Origin: Reclinomonas americana ATCC 50394
Taxonomy: Eukaryota
Direction of reading: 5' to 3'
NCBI GenBank assembly: GCA_048213135.1
Contig: PS015103.1
Location: 57,856 to 120,562, forward strand
DNA length: 62,707 nucleotides
A model generated the notes under the pieces. The model saw nothing but the letters and a program-made list of their open reading frames with translations, was not told the origin of the DNA and did no database searches. Numbering within the stretch: position 1 is the first letter of the stretch; every line of letters starts with the position of its first letter. Made by a program: the position numbers and the translations under genes. This document shows, piece after piece, positions 61,960-62,707 of this stretch.

Positions 61960-62707
61960 GTCACAGCAGCAACAAGCGCCTCCTCCTTCGTCGCCGCAGT
62001 CACCGCGCCAGCGCCGACACACAGTCGCTCATGTCGATTCGGCGGCGTCGTCCTCGTCGTCGCCAAACGCACACAATGCTATTGGCGCTAGCGGCTCCTC
62101 GTCGCCACCCCCCTTCGAGGTAACGGAGAGCGTGAAACTGTGTTGGAGTGTCGACCACGGTTGCAACTTGCACTACCGCGACAATCTGCGCACGCTCTCG
62201 AACACCAACTGGCCCGGTGGCACCTCCGTGTGCACCGACCTGATCATGACGGTCGGCAATCCGGACCTGTCGCCTCTCGCCGCCGCCAGCACTGTGTTCA
62301 CCACCTTTACTGACATGCTCGACAATGCTGCTGCCGTCGGCGGCAGCAACGGTGGTGGTGGTGTCGCGTCGTCATCCTCGTCGCCGTCACCCCGTCACAC
62401 CCGTCCGTACGGGGCGCCACAGCGTGGCACCTTCTCCATGGAGGTGGGCGTGACGTCGACCGGCTTCATCTGGGGCGCCGCGATTGGTGTGGTGACATTC
62501 CATCAGTTCAGCGCGGAGGGCATGTGGTGCGGCAAGGTGCCGACCAGCTACGGCTACTGGAGCAATGGCAGCGTGTTCGCGTGCACTGGCCGCGACACGG
62601 ACGAAGACCCCACATCGTTGCCGCTGCCGGCCCTGCGCGCGTCGATCGAGGTCTCGGACGACTCGGACAGCGTCAGCGGCGTGAGTGACGACCTCGCCTC
62701 GGGCAGC
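60568..62707 (+). CDS. RING finger, TRAF-type zinc fingers, coiled coil, low-complexity linker and a probable SPRY/B30.2-like domain (partial at both ends)
   Basis: [88 protein letters not shown]..HHLQL. The C-terminal FSMEVGVTSTGFIWGAAIGVV..GKVPTSYGYWSNG is SPRY-like. Confidence 0.8.

Overview
Draft (gapped) assembly of an intron-rich unicellular eukaryote with GC-rich exons and microsatellite- or pyrimidine-rich introns; the taxon cannot be determined from this window. Splicing the exons by hand gives about 12 genes: a NACHT-pentapeptide-WD40 (STAND/NLR-like) protein, a BEACH plus coiled-coil protein, a sterol desaturase/fatty-acid hydroxylase, an unknown Pro-rich protein, an NYN-RRM-RRM-UBA protein, an MFS (SLC49/FLVCR-like) transporter, PUF60, a small membrane selenoprotein, a CinA/MoCF-domain (FAD diphosphatase-like) protein, an RCC1-repeat protein, an orphan protein and a RING/TRAF-zinc-finger protein. 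Two signals stand out. (1) A 5-exon minus-strand gene (41037-39389) has an in-frame TGA (39698-39696) in an MSP-like motif and a canonical-looking SECIS in its 3' UTR (about 39310-39234), i.e. a selenoprotein the ORF track misses. (2) About 24 of roughly 90 placeable introns use a +1-shifted donor class, mostly GTTGCG(T) and usually with A at -1. All gene models are manual and lack transcript support.
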